Below are positions 52,122-64,000 of a stretch of DNA of 64,000 nucleotides, piece after piece. The DNA comes from Octopus vulgaris. Its lineage: Eukaryota. The stretch is from NCBI GenBank assembly GCA_951406725.2, contig OX597821.1, positions 95,852,001 to 95,916,000 on the forward strand. The letters run 5' to 3'. The notes under the pieces were generated by a model that was not told where the DNA came from, made no database searches, and saw only the letters and a program-made list of their open reading frames with translations. The translations under genes were made by a program, and so were the position numbers. The first letter of the stretch is position 1. The number at the start of each line of letters is the position of its first letter.

Positions 52122-52906
52122 AAATAGGGAAGGCCGGTTTATGGGATTACCCTAGGTTTCCCGTCCATAAAGGGTTTAGGTGTACCGTCAGACCCCAAAA
52201 CCTGTTGGTCTAAGACCTCTTCAAAATATGGAGGGAGAAAAGCCTCAATACCGAGGCTTTTTTCCCCTCTCCCATGAACCGGCCTTCCCCATTTAAAAAT
52301 ATACACTGCTCTACGAGTGCTAAGAGTGTGCTTCTCCTCCGGATTTGTCTCTACAAATGATATATATATATACACACATATTAAATTATAAATGTGTATG
52401 AACATATTAGTGTGTAACTGTTACAAACCTATAGATATACTGGTGTACCATCGGTTAGACTGTTCTTGCAACTGATACATTGTGTTACGCTGACTTTATT
52501 ATAGGATTAAGTTAGATATTCATTGAGTGGACAGTTAATCCTGATTGGAGTACTTATCCTCAAGAATCATTTATATGGATGTATAGGCTCATGTATCCGG
52601 TTTCCCCGTATTCTGTGACATATATACTTATTCTTACCAACGGGATATGAAGTGCTTTGCTCAAGAACACAAGGATTTTTTTCACTTTTCAATTTTGTTT
52701 CAATCAGAAAAAGATTCTCCGGTCCAGGAATCGAAACCACAATCTTACGATCGAAAGTGCAGTTCCCTAATCACTACGCCACGCACCTCCACTATATGAA
52801 TGTATGAATTTATGTATGTATATTTATGTCAGCAAATATGGGCATATCGTCATGCACCTGTTGGAGTGTGGTGTCTGCCAAAAAGAAAAATAATAAATTT
52901 TCTTAC

Positions 52907-53479
52907 CGTTTCAGGGGTTTCCTTAGGGATAAAATCCAGCATTTCATGTCCAGGCTCTTCTATAGGTGTCACTTGGAATCTACACTCCGGTTTCACTATT
53001 CGATCTCGTGAATCTGCGCCCAGCTGAGGTGATACTTCATTCAAGCCACTCGATGCGGAATTTGCCGAAGCCAGTGTTTTATTGTTACCCTGACCTTTAA
53101 CGTCCGAACCATCCTTTCCTGTCGATCCACTGTTTTCTTGATCCAAAACATCAATATTGTTTGCACCAGGCTTATCATTTTTATTACTAATATTATTGCT
53201 GTCACTACCAACACTTTTGTAATTAACGTTGCTGGAAACCGTAGATGAAACAGTGTTGTCATTGCTTGATTTTGGAGAGACAGCTTCGGATGTTTCACAA
53301 ATCTTAGCAGAAGAAATATTATCATTAAAGGAACAATTGGTGTTTTGGTCATCCCCTAATAATACATCGGAGTTAGGTGCGGTTTCTAACAACAGCTCGG
53401 AACTTGAATTACTCCGTTCGAGTTTTGACAAACATGATTTTTGCTTCGGCAATTTAATAATGAACAGTGTAGCTGCCAT
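52907..53479 (-). CDS. DUF389-family membrane protein, coding exon 1 (MAATLFIIKLP...PKETPET), with a Ser/Asn-rich low-complexity region
   Basis: ORF 52850..53479; ATG at 53479; donor ACG|GTAAGA at 52906; 573 nt, phase 0; CpG-richer context typical of a first exon. Confidence 0.8.
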
Positions 53480-53980
53480 TATGAGAAAACTGTGCTTTAT
53501 TTCTCCTCTTTAGAATCTAAAAAACCGAGCCCTGTTGTTCGTAAATATATTCTAAAAAATAAAAGCGATCGACAGGTCGAGTATCATATAATACTGTTAC
53601 GAGATCTTACTGTGTACATTTCATCAACGCACGCACTCACCCACTCTACCGCGCTCTCTCTCTCACTCTCTCTCTTTCTCTCTCATCCATTCTCTATCAC
53701 CCTCACTTTTCTTTCTTTTCTTTTCTTTTCATTTACACACGCGTGCGCGGCTGCTTTTTCTCTCTCTCTCTCCCTCTCCCTCTTTCTCTTTTACACAGAT
53801 GCCTTTTATCTCTCCGTTCTCATATGTAAACGCACTCTCATCACATATATCCTATCTCTCTCTTTCCCTCTCTCGCCCACATATGACTTCCTCTCTCTGT
53901 CACAAATACACATACACAGATGCTCTTTCTCTTTCATACTTGACCTCTCTGTCTTTGTCTCTTTTTCTTTTTCTCTCATG
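53480..53980 (-). promoter_or_regulatory. Putative 5'UTR and promoter of the DUF389 gene with a CT/GA-rich tract
   Basis: Directly upstream of the ATG; locally raised CpG frequency; long CT-rich tract about 53650-53975; TSS not determinable. Confidence 0.45.
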
Positions 53981-55126
53981 GAAACGTTTACTTAGTGAAA
54001 TAAAATAAATATATGGGAGACATTAATCCATACGAAGTAGGATATATGGGGATCTTTTCACTTTCAAGGCCTGTTTTTTCAAGGCCTATATTGCTACTAT
54101 AAAATGTAGATCGAAATATATTCCGAGTCGAGAAAAACAACTGTTTTTCAGATTTGTAAACCATATATCCGCAATATATCCCACAAATATTCCGTCCTAA
54201 AAAAGGAATTCCGTTGTTCATAAAAGTACCCTGACAGGGCCGACCTCGGGCTAAGAAAGAACAACAACAATGGTCTATGAAAAGACGACTGGAGAATCTA
54301 GAATTAGTTGCTGACCTGTTAAAAATAGCAGGTAAATCTCCCGCAAATCACATATTTACTATCTTAAGAGAGGGAAGAATGCATTAAACTATATAAGAAA
54401 AGAAAAGAAAAAGAAGAAAGAGACAAGATAATCGAGGCTAAAAGGCTTAACCGATGCAATGTAGATTTGTTGCTAAACAATCTCAACCTACAGAAAGACT
54501 TATTTTTTCTAAGTGGATTTTTTAGTGACATAAACACAAATTAGAGGATTAAAACAGCTTAGGAGTTTCAGATGAAAAACAGTCACAATCTATAAAACAA
54601 AATCACTATGAGTCTTTAAATAGTCGCTTGGCTTGCTAGAAATAACAGTTAACCGTCCTCAAGTCATACCTTACAGTCTTATAAAGGAAAAGATACTTTT
54701 GATAATACAGTGAGAGATAAAGTATTTATTTCTTCACTGACCACAAGGGGCTACACAGAGAGGGGACAAACAAGGACAAACGGATTAAGTCGATTATATC
54801 GACCCCAGTGCGTAACTGGTACTTAATTTATCGATCCGGAAAGGACGAAAGGCAAAGCCGACCTCGGCGGAATTTGAACTCAGAACGTTGCGGCAGACGA
54901 AATACCGCTAAGAATTTCGCCCGGCGTGCTAATCTTTCTGCCAGCTCGCCGCCTTCAGAGATAAAGTATTTCTGTAACAGAACCCGCCTCCGAATGACTT
55001 ACGTTTCCTCCCACCATTTTCTCCCAAATTTCGGATACGGAGGTTCCGGAAAATTGCCAGAAAATCGGCATTGTTAAATTCCCCCCACCAAAAAAAAAAA
55101 TTCTTTAATTTTGACTTTTTTCCCCA

Positions 55127-55216
55127 ACACTAACCCTAACCCTAAAACTCTAACCCTAACACTAAAATCCTAACCCTAACACTAAAACCCTAATCCTAAC
55201 CCTAAAACCTTAACCC
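55127..55216. repeat. Degenerate interstitial (CCCTAA)n telomere-like array
   Basis: taaccctaaccctaaaac... with a ~20-bp period. Confidence 0.75.
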
Positions 55217-57080
55217 TCTGCCTCCAAGAAAAAAAGAAGTCCCCCACCCAAAAGAGTTGTTAAGACTGAATGTTTTTGAGCCACTTTTGTTGGATCAGGG
55301 CTGACCCGAGTCTATAAAAACAAAGATGATTTATAATAGTTTTACAATTTTCTGGCCAGGACATCACCTCACTTAACTCAACTGTTGGCAGGAATAGATA
55401 GGAGCCAGATGTTCTGGGGGAATGTTACCTGTTAGAGAATAACATACTATCCAGGAGGATATTCATTTCTCATCCACTTCATATCATTAACATCGTCACT
55501 ATCATCGTCATTATTGTAGGAGCTTTTTTTTTTATATTTGCTTTTCCATGTTAGCATGTGTTAGAAGGAAATGTGAAAATATAGATATAAAATGCCTCTT
55601 AAGTCTTACGTCTTTAAAGGACAGGTGTTTAATTCTGTTTCTTTGATATATACATATAGTCATGTTGTGAAATATAGATTTGAAGAAAAGCAAAAATACA
55701 TGTGGTAATTGTTATAATTGTCATCATCATCATCATCCTCATCGTTTAACGTCTGCTTTCCATGCTAGCATGGGTTGGACGATTTGACTGAGGACTGGTG
55801 AACCAGATGGCTGCACCAGGCTCCAATCTTGGTCTGGCAGAGTTTCTACAGCTGGATGCCCTTCCTAACGCTAACACTCCGAGAGTGTAGTGGGTGCTTT
55901 TATGTGCCACCGGCATGAGGGCCAGTCAGGCGGTACTGGCAATGGCCACAAAAATATCATGTTTTTTTTCTTCTCTACTGGTCAATAAGTCAAAGTAGCT
56001 GTGACAATAAAATGTACATTTGATTTAAAATTTCATTATTGATATCAAAGTTAATAATAATCAAAAGAGAAGTATTTTAGAGATATACCTGAAATGCCGA
56101 ATGCTATACATACAGGTGATTGTTATATATATATATAGATGAATGTATATATACAACACATACACATATGCATGTGTGTGTAGTTCATACATATATGTAT
56201 GTGTGTGTAATGTAACTGTATTAAGTAGGGAAGAAAGTAAGCATACTGATAGGAAAGTTTATCACCATTCATATGAACAATTGACCTTGGACAGGCTGAG
56301 TGTCTAAGTTGTTTATAAAAAGGGTGTCTGGCAAACTCTGTAGTTTTTGTGTGAGCTCAGCTGTGGCTATACTAGTTGGATGTAAGATAATTCAGCTAGC
56401 TGATGTTCTATATAGCAGTATTTAAGTTGCTAAGAAAAGATTTACATAAATTGATTATTTCATAGCTAGTCTGCTGTCCTCTTTATTGGGTCTGCTTGTC
56501 ATCTCTTCAATATTTTCATACTTCATAACTGAGCTGCTGCCCATTGCTATAATTTTAAAATATCATGGTTGATTTGCTGTCCATTGTTGTTATATCTACC
56601 TGTGACCACCTTTACTATGATGACTGACAAAAACTTTGGGACTACGTGTACTTTAGTTGAGTGCAGCTGTATTTGCCGTGACTATCTTTACTATGATGAC
56701 TAGCAAAAACTCTATGATTACATATACACTGTAACTTGGTCTCTAGGTTATTTATTTTCATTGGCCCCACCACTCTAGGATGGGCTGCATACCTGGCAGA
56801 CAAGTATTGCTAACATTTCCTCTTTCATAGTTTCTCTTAACAGCAACACTTTTTAATGTAGCGTCAGTCTTAGTCACTGACTGGTTAGAAAAGTGCTGAC
56901 ATATGCTCATTTGCAGTTTTATTTTGTGTAGATGATGAAGATGGCACTGAACCAACCTGCATCATCAAATTTCAGACTGAGTAGTCTGAAATTCGATGAT
57001 GCAGGCTGGTTCTCCTGCTTGCTGTTCTCATAGAAGTTGCTGATAGTGAATTCTCCAGAAAGTGATGTTGGTCATTAACT

Positions 57081-57671
57081 TATTTCTTTACTACCCACAA
57101 GGGGCTAAACACAGAGGAGACAAACAAGGACAGACAGACGGATTAGGTCGATTATATCAACCCCAGTGTGTAACTGGTACTTAATTTATCGACCCCGAAA
57201 GGATGAAAAGCAAAGTCGACCTCGGCGGAATTTGAACTCAGAACGTAACGGCAGACGAAATACCTATTTCTTTACTACCCACAAGAAGCTAAACACAGAG
57301 GAGACAAACAAGGACAGACAGACGGATTAAGACGATTATATCGACCCCAATGTGTAACTGGTACTTTATTTATCGACTCCGAAAGGATGAAAAGCAAAGT
57401 CGATGTCGGCGGAATTTGAACTCAGAACATAGCGGCAGACGAAATACCTATTTCTTTACTAACCTACAAGGGGCTAAACACAGAGGAGACAAACAAGGAC
57501 AGACAGATGAATTAAGTCGATTATATCGACCCCAGTGCGTAACTGGTACTTAATTTATCGACCCCGAAAGGATGAAAAGCAAAGTCGACCTCGGTGGAAT
57601 TTGAACTCAGAACGTAACAGCAGATGAAATACGGCTACGCATTTCGCCTGGTGTGCTAACGTTTCTGCCAG
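57081..57671 (-). mobile_element. Head-to-tail trimer of SINE family A
   Basis: Three ~184-nt bodies, one head, single 11-bp TSD ggtcattaact (57070-57080 and 57672-57682). Confidence 0.85.
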
Positions 57672-60600
57672 GGTCATTAACTATAGTGAACTGCAAATCT
57701 TTGGATTTGCAGTCACACCTCTGATGCTCTACAAATATAACAACATGAGATATTTGCTACATTAGTTCCTAGCAACTGATATTTAAAGTACTGAAGAGTA
57801 AAATGTTGCTTGTTTGGTCCCTGGACCATATCCCTGCTCACTTCTGTCGGGCAGAGACTGCTGTCTACAAGTGCAAGTCCCATGAATCAGAGTGGCTGTT
57901 CCAGTGCATCTCCCTCATTATCATCCAGGGCAATGCCTTTTCCATTTTCTCTGCTGGTGCCATGAGAAATGTTTCTATATTGCGAGAAGCAAGATTGAGT
58001 AAAACAAATAGAAGGGGTTCTGAAAAACTGAATTATAACAAGAAATTCTCCTATCAGAAATGTACAAGTTGGGATCACATTAGGATCACCAATATATGGA
58101 ATTGTGAATTTGACCAAAATAAACAATACCACATCTCTTTTACTTGTTTCAGTCATTTTGACTGTGGCCATGCTGGAGCATTGCCTTTTAGTCGAGCCAA
58201 TCGACCCCAGGACTTAATCTTTGTAAGCCTAGTACTTATTCTATTGGTCTCTTTTGCTGAACCGCTAAGTTAGGAGGACGTAAACACACCAGCATTGGTT
58301 GTCAAGTGATGTTGGGGGGGACAAACACAGACTCACAAACACATACATATATATATATACATATATACGATGGACTTCTTTTCAATTTCCCTCTACCAAA
58401 TCTACTCACAAGGCTTTGGTTGGCCCGAGGCTATAATAGAAGACACACTTGCCCAAGGTGCCACGCAGTGGGACTGAACCTGGAATCATGTGGCTGGTAA
58501 GCAATCTACTTACCACATAGCCACTCCTGCGCCTATGATAACAATTAAAATAGTTTTATTCACATGATAACTATTAAGATGGTTTTATTCACATTCTCTA
58601 CAAATTGATAAATCCATTTAGTTGTGACATGCTATAATTAACCTCAATGAAACGAGCATAGCTTCATTTTCAACATAGAGAAAATAATACACAAAAGAAC
58701 TTTTAACATAAGTGATGACATAGGCCCCTGCTGCTTCTTGCTGTTGTCATGGAAACTATTAGTGGATTAGGCACCCCAGTAATTAGGCTCAATCCATATA
58801 TTTTCTACTTCTTCATTCCCACAAGAAGCTTTTTGTGACTTCAATAAAATATTCCCTTGTCATTCATGTATGGATGATAATTTCAGCCACATGTACCTCC
58901 ATTCCACAAACTATTTCAGCCTCATGCTACATGTTTTACAGGTCACAACAGGTTTGAGCCTTGTGTGACACAATCGTTTTTTTGCCCCTCATCAACTCTC
59001 TTAGCAGGATGTATAAATTTTTGTAATTTCCAATAATGTATAACTGATATCTGAGCCATGTTGATGTTTAGCTTTGCTTTGACAACATTAGGAAGATATA
59101 GGATGAATATGCCTCCAACCCTTCATAGAAAAGTTACAGATTTACTACCACCCAGTGGCAGCTCAAGTATAGCAACTGTGGAACTGCAGCACCCACTATT
59201 TCCACTCAATATTATCGATAACATTCAATACAATGAGTCCTTTTTTCTTTAATTCTTTCTTTATACTTGTACATTATATGTTATATATTAATGTTAGTAA
59301 CCATCCCCTAGTTTATGAAAAAAAATACAAAAATCCTTGTATAGAACTATGCACTTCACAGTTCCAATGATGCGGTGTTTGGCTGTTGTGTGCATACTCA
59401 CATGTCCAAGATAGGAATCTTCACGTTAGGGAGAGAGAGCATTGCATGAACGACTGTGCTGGGTGAAAGGTTGTGTTTCTTTTTGGCTCTGTGTGTGTTG
59501 TGCTTAAAAAGTGTTTATATTCTTGAATGAGATAAAGTGTAGAATTAGATTATTATCTTGCTTCCAACTTAAGTGTTGCTGCCAGGACACATTTCCCCGC
59601 CTTATTTTGTTATTTAGGGGGGGATTTTTGAAAAACAAGGGGGATTTCATGCCAGTGTTCACTGAACAAATTAAATGCACTACTTGGCAGTGACTAAAAT
59701 GTAAACTGATCAAGTTTATGTATAAATTTTCTTTTTATATGTTTGTTTCCTTTTACACAATATTAAAACAACGGCTAAAAATTATCTGAAGCAGCACCCC
59801 TACTAATTATATCTATGAGCTGCCACTGCTTCTACCCCACTCACTTCATGATGTAATGCTGGTCTTTCACTTGTAACCTATGATGCCTGGCACACCTATT
59901 CAAAATCATTCACCTAGATTCATGAGGTGTGTGCATATGTGTGTTATATACATACATTGTAGTCCATTACTTTATAATGTTATGTAAAAAATATTTGATA
60001 CAGAAAACAAGGTCTTGATTGAACACATCCTGTTGTGTTGTATTAATACTGCCCAGTATTGTCAATTCCTTTCAGATAGGGTGAAATGAGGCATTGCCAA
60101 ATAAAGTTGAAGAGTTGATGAGACATAAATCTCCTTCCCTGGATAAGATGTCAATCTATCACATGTATATCATTACCAAGATGAGGACAGTTGCACAAAG
60201 AAGTGTTGATCACTTTAAGTGGAGGTAAGTTGTGGAAGAGGGGGACCCAGGAAGACATGGGGCATATTGAAGGCTGATCTCAAAATGCTGAACCTTATGA
60301 AGGAGACGACAGAGGACCAAGATATGCGACACATTGCTGTACTTGAGAAGAGCTGCCCACCACAACAGATTTGAGATCCTAAAACCAAAGTGCCATGTAA
60401 AAACACTGGTTCTGATGCCACTTAAAAAGCACCCACTGTGGAGTGGTTGGTGTTAGGAAGGGCATCCATTCATAGAAACCAAAACCAAAGAGACAATGGA
60501 ATCTGGTGCAGCCCCTTGCCTTGCCAGTTTCAACCAGAATCATCCAACCTATGCCAGCATGGAAAATGGATGTTAAATGTTGATGATGATGATGATATAC

Positions 60601-63479
60601 ATGTGATACCTGTAGTAGTACTTGTTTTTCCCAATAGAAATAGAATAAAGATGATTGATAATTCTCCCCCCTGGGCAAAATGCCAAGTTACCACAAATAA
60701 AACATTCCTGAGATAATCTGATACCAGTCTATTTCTACTGACAGCGTGAACTGAGGTAACGTACAATATAGTGTTCTGCCACAGAACACTGAAGTAAGAT
60801 GTTAATCTCACCCTGGATATAAAGCCAATCTATTACAGATGACATATCCTTGATGATCAGGTGGTACCTACCGATTCTTGTCAATGGCTAGGTGAACTGA
60901 GGTAAGGCAGCTTAAGGTGATTTGTCCTAGATATGCTAAAATGGGAGCTAAATCTTTTCTTGATATCACAGGTAACAATACCCAGTGATCTGGTACCTTG
61001 TCATGTATGTGGAGTGAAATAATATTGATTAAAGTGTCTTGTCCACAAAATATAACAGTAACAAAGATTAAAAGATATAAACCATCATCTGAACTGCACA
61101 AACAAGCATATTCAAAAATGTTCAGGAGTACCTAGTCATATTAACAGTTAGGGGAACTAATGCAGTGTAGAATAAAGTGTTCTGCTACAAAGACAAAATA
61201 CCAGTACTGATTCAATCGATTGCACATCTGTACTCAAATCTGTGGCCTTGTGTCAATGTTAGGAACAGAATCAACTGAACATTAAACAATATGCCATGCA
61301 GTGTTTATTTCTACTATTGATGTTGATGCTTCAAATCTGTTGAATTCAACTTTTGCCTTTTAACCTTCCAGAGTCAATAAAATAAAGTACCAATTAAGTT
61401 CTGAGGTTAATAAACTTGACTGTTTTGGCCCCACAAATTTCAGGTCTAATAGCTATGTGGTAAGCAGCTTGTTCCCTAACCACATGGCTCCAGGATCTGG
61501 GTTCTGTCCCACTGTGTGGAACTGTGGGCAAGTGTCTTCTACCATAGCCCTGAGATGATTAAAGCCTTTTGAGTGAAATGGGGTCCATAGAAATAATGTG
61601 GAAGTGCCTTGAGTAGAATATTTCTATTCTGAAGGGGTAGACTTTATCTAGCACCTTATTTGACACCACCATTTGGCTCTGGGGTACTTCTAACAGCCTC
61701 TAATCTGTTGCAGTCATTTGGAGGCACATCTCCAACCTGAGGATTCTTTACTTCCTTCTTCCATCATACCAGTCACAGGAGCCCAGGAAAGGACCCTGGA
61801 TGCATTACCCTTCATTTGACTAAGCCCTAAAACATAAAAAGTACAAGATCTTTACCTTTTACGTGATGACATTTCAGTTTTCATAGAATCCTTAAAAACA
61901 CCCCAAAGTAAATTGACTGGGACATAAGGCATGACACGAAGCTTATTGATTTTACTGATACAGAAATGAAAAATGCTATAATGAAACATTGTAAGAGATT
62001 TTGTTTAATGTTGGTCATGTTAAATACACAGCTAATTAATTGATTTATACTACAAATTGTTAATCAGTTGTATGAACAACTGTGTGTGTGTGTGAGCATG
62101 CACGTGCATGTACTAGTTTACTCATGTTAATAATTATAAAAAGACACACCCATTCCAAATAATTCACCTAGATTCATTAGGTGTGTGTGTGTCTGTGTAT
62201 GTGTGTGTGAGTGTGTGTATGTGTGTGTGTGCCCATCTGTTTATGTATGTTGTATATGTATAAACTGTAGTTCATTACTTTATAACATCATCATCATCAT
62301 CATCATCATCGTTTAACGTCCGCTTTCCATGCTAGCATGGGTTGGACGGTTCTCCCGGGGATCTGGGAAGCCAGGAGGCTGTACCAGGCTCCAGTCTTAT
62401 CTGGCAATGTTTCTAAAGCTGGATGCCCTTCCAAACGCCAACCACTCCATGAGTGTAGTGGGTGCTTTTTATGTGCCACCCGCACATTGCGTAAAAAATG
62501 TGTGATACAAAAAATAAGCTCTTGACTGAACACTTTCTGTTGTGTTGTGTTAATACTACCCAGTATTGTCGATTTCTTTCAGCATAGTCGTAGCACTCCA
62601 TCGGTTACGACGACGAGGGTTCCAGTTGATCCAATCAATAGAACAGCCTGCTCATGAAATTAATGTGCAAGTGGTTGAGCACTCCACAGACACGTGTGCC
62701 CTTAATGTAGTTCTTGGGGGAGATTCAGCATGACACAGAGTGTGGCAAGTCTGGCTCTTTGAAATACAGGTTCAACAGAAACAGGAAGAAAGAGTGAGAG
62801 AAAGTGGTGGTGAAAGAGTAGAGCAGGGTTCACCACTACCCCTTGTCACAGTCTCGTGGAGCTTTAGGTATTTTTGCTCAATAAACACTCAAAATGCCCG
62901 GTCTTGTAATCAAAACTGTGACCCTACGACCACAAGTCCGCTGCCCTAACCACTGGGCTATTGTGACTCCACTTCAGTATAGTGAATTTAGGTGAATGTG
63001 AAACTTACTGTGTTTAGAGAGAAATTTTCGAATTATGCAGATTATGGCAAGCAACCAGTCTATATGCATATATGTGAATGTTAGCGTGTGTGTGTGTGTG
63101 CGTGTGTGCGTGTGTGTGTACACATACACACAGAGTATATATACATATGACACACACATGCACATGTATATCTGTTATCTATTATTTGTTTCAGTCATAA
63201 GTAGTTTCTGTCTATTAAGTCCACTCAGAAGCCTTTGGTCAAATTGAGGCTATAGTAGAAGACAATTGCCCAAGGTGCCATGCAGTGGAACTGATCCCGG
63301 AATCATGTGGTTGGGAAGCGAGCTTCTTATAAATATGGAGCAGTCTATGTCACTGTATATGTGGAAAATATATGTGTGCTTGTTAGTATTTTTGGGTTTT
63401 CACATCAATGGCTCAGATCTCATCAAGCATTCAATCAAGCAGTCCAAATGTTGGTATGAGTACTGGCACTGCTAACACA

Positions 63480-63817
63480 TTCTGGGCCACTGTTTTATTG
63501 AATACAGAGAGTTCTGAGGTCCAAATTTTCTTTATTCAGATGTAATATTTTTAGTGGCACATGTTTTGTTACAGGTGCCATTGTAAGATATATTTTCATC
63601 TACTCCTAGATACCTATAACATTCTTCGTCAAATACAGGGGAGACAGTCAAATAATTGATAGAGATGTTACCGGTCTGGTTTATAGTTTCACCCCTTTTC
63701 ACAACCATATTACAACATTTATTCTGACCAAACTCTAACTCTACATCCTTTGAGAATGTTGTAACTAGGTCAAGGCTCTTTTTCATTTCATGCATTTGCT
63801 TTGCATAAAGTTTTAAG
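63480..63817 (-). mobile_element. R4/Dong-like reverse transcriptase fragment
   Basis: FSKDVELEFGQNKC...YRYLGV, homologous to the start of the 9620 element. Confidence 0.7.
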
Positions 63818-64000
63818 TATGTATGTATGTATGTATGTATGTTTGTATGTATGTATGTATGTATGTATGTATGCAGATTTACTCTTTTACTCTTTTTACT
63901 CTTTTACTTGTTTCAGTCATCTGACTGTGGCCATACTGGAGCACCGCCTTTAATCGAGCAACTTGACCTCGGGACTTATTCTTTTGTAAGCCCAGTACTT

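Noticed and set aside
53441-53995. 184-aa ORF on the + strand
   Set aside because: Runs through a CT-rich low-complexity tract; no protein-like composition
57803-58273. 156-aa ORF on the + strand
   Set aside because: C-terminal part is an antisense SINE; no recognisable domain

Overview
AT-rich, microsatellite- and transposon-dense eukaryotic DNA. The repeat landscape strongly suggests an Octopus-type cephalopod, but this is inference. One protein-coding gene dominates: a minus-strand DUF389 (TIGR00341-like) multi-pass membrane protein gene. I reconstructed 14 phase-consistent GT-AG coding exons by hand, from ATG 53479 down to 175 (1740 nt, 580 codons, no stop, so the gene continues past the left edge). 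Introns and the upstream region hold tRNA-derived SINEs, LINE remnants (RTE, R4/Dong-like with RLE endonuclease, CR1/L2-like), a Tc1/mariner remnant, MITEs and Helitron-like pieces. The most interesting signal is a set of short elements embedded in (TA)n tracts that carry type I hammerhead ribozyme motifs of the Penelope-like minimal/dimeric kind. Two families each have two copies with compensatory base-pair changes, a third candidate sits in a highly structured element, and some copies are in the sense of the host pre-mRNA. Other notable items: 96% identical inverted repeats bracketing symmetric exon 2, long foldback hairpins, an A/B higher-order repeat in an RTE 3'UTR, a LINE/SINE shared 3' tail, and a SINE trimer inside a single TSD. 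Coordinates were read by eye; repeat boundaries are approximate.
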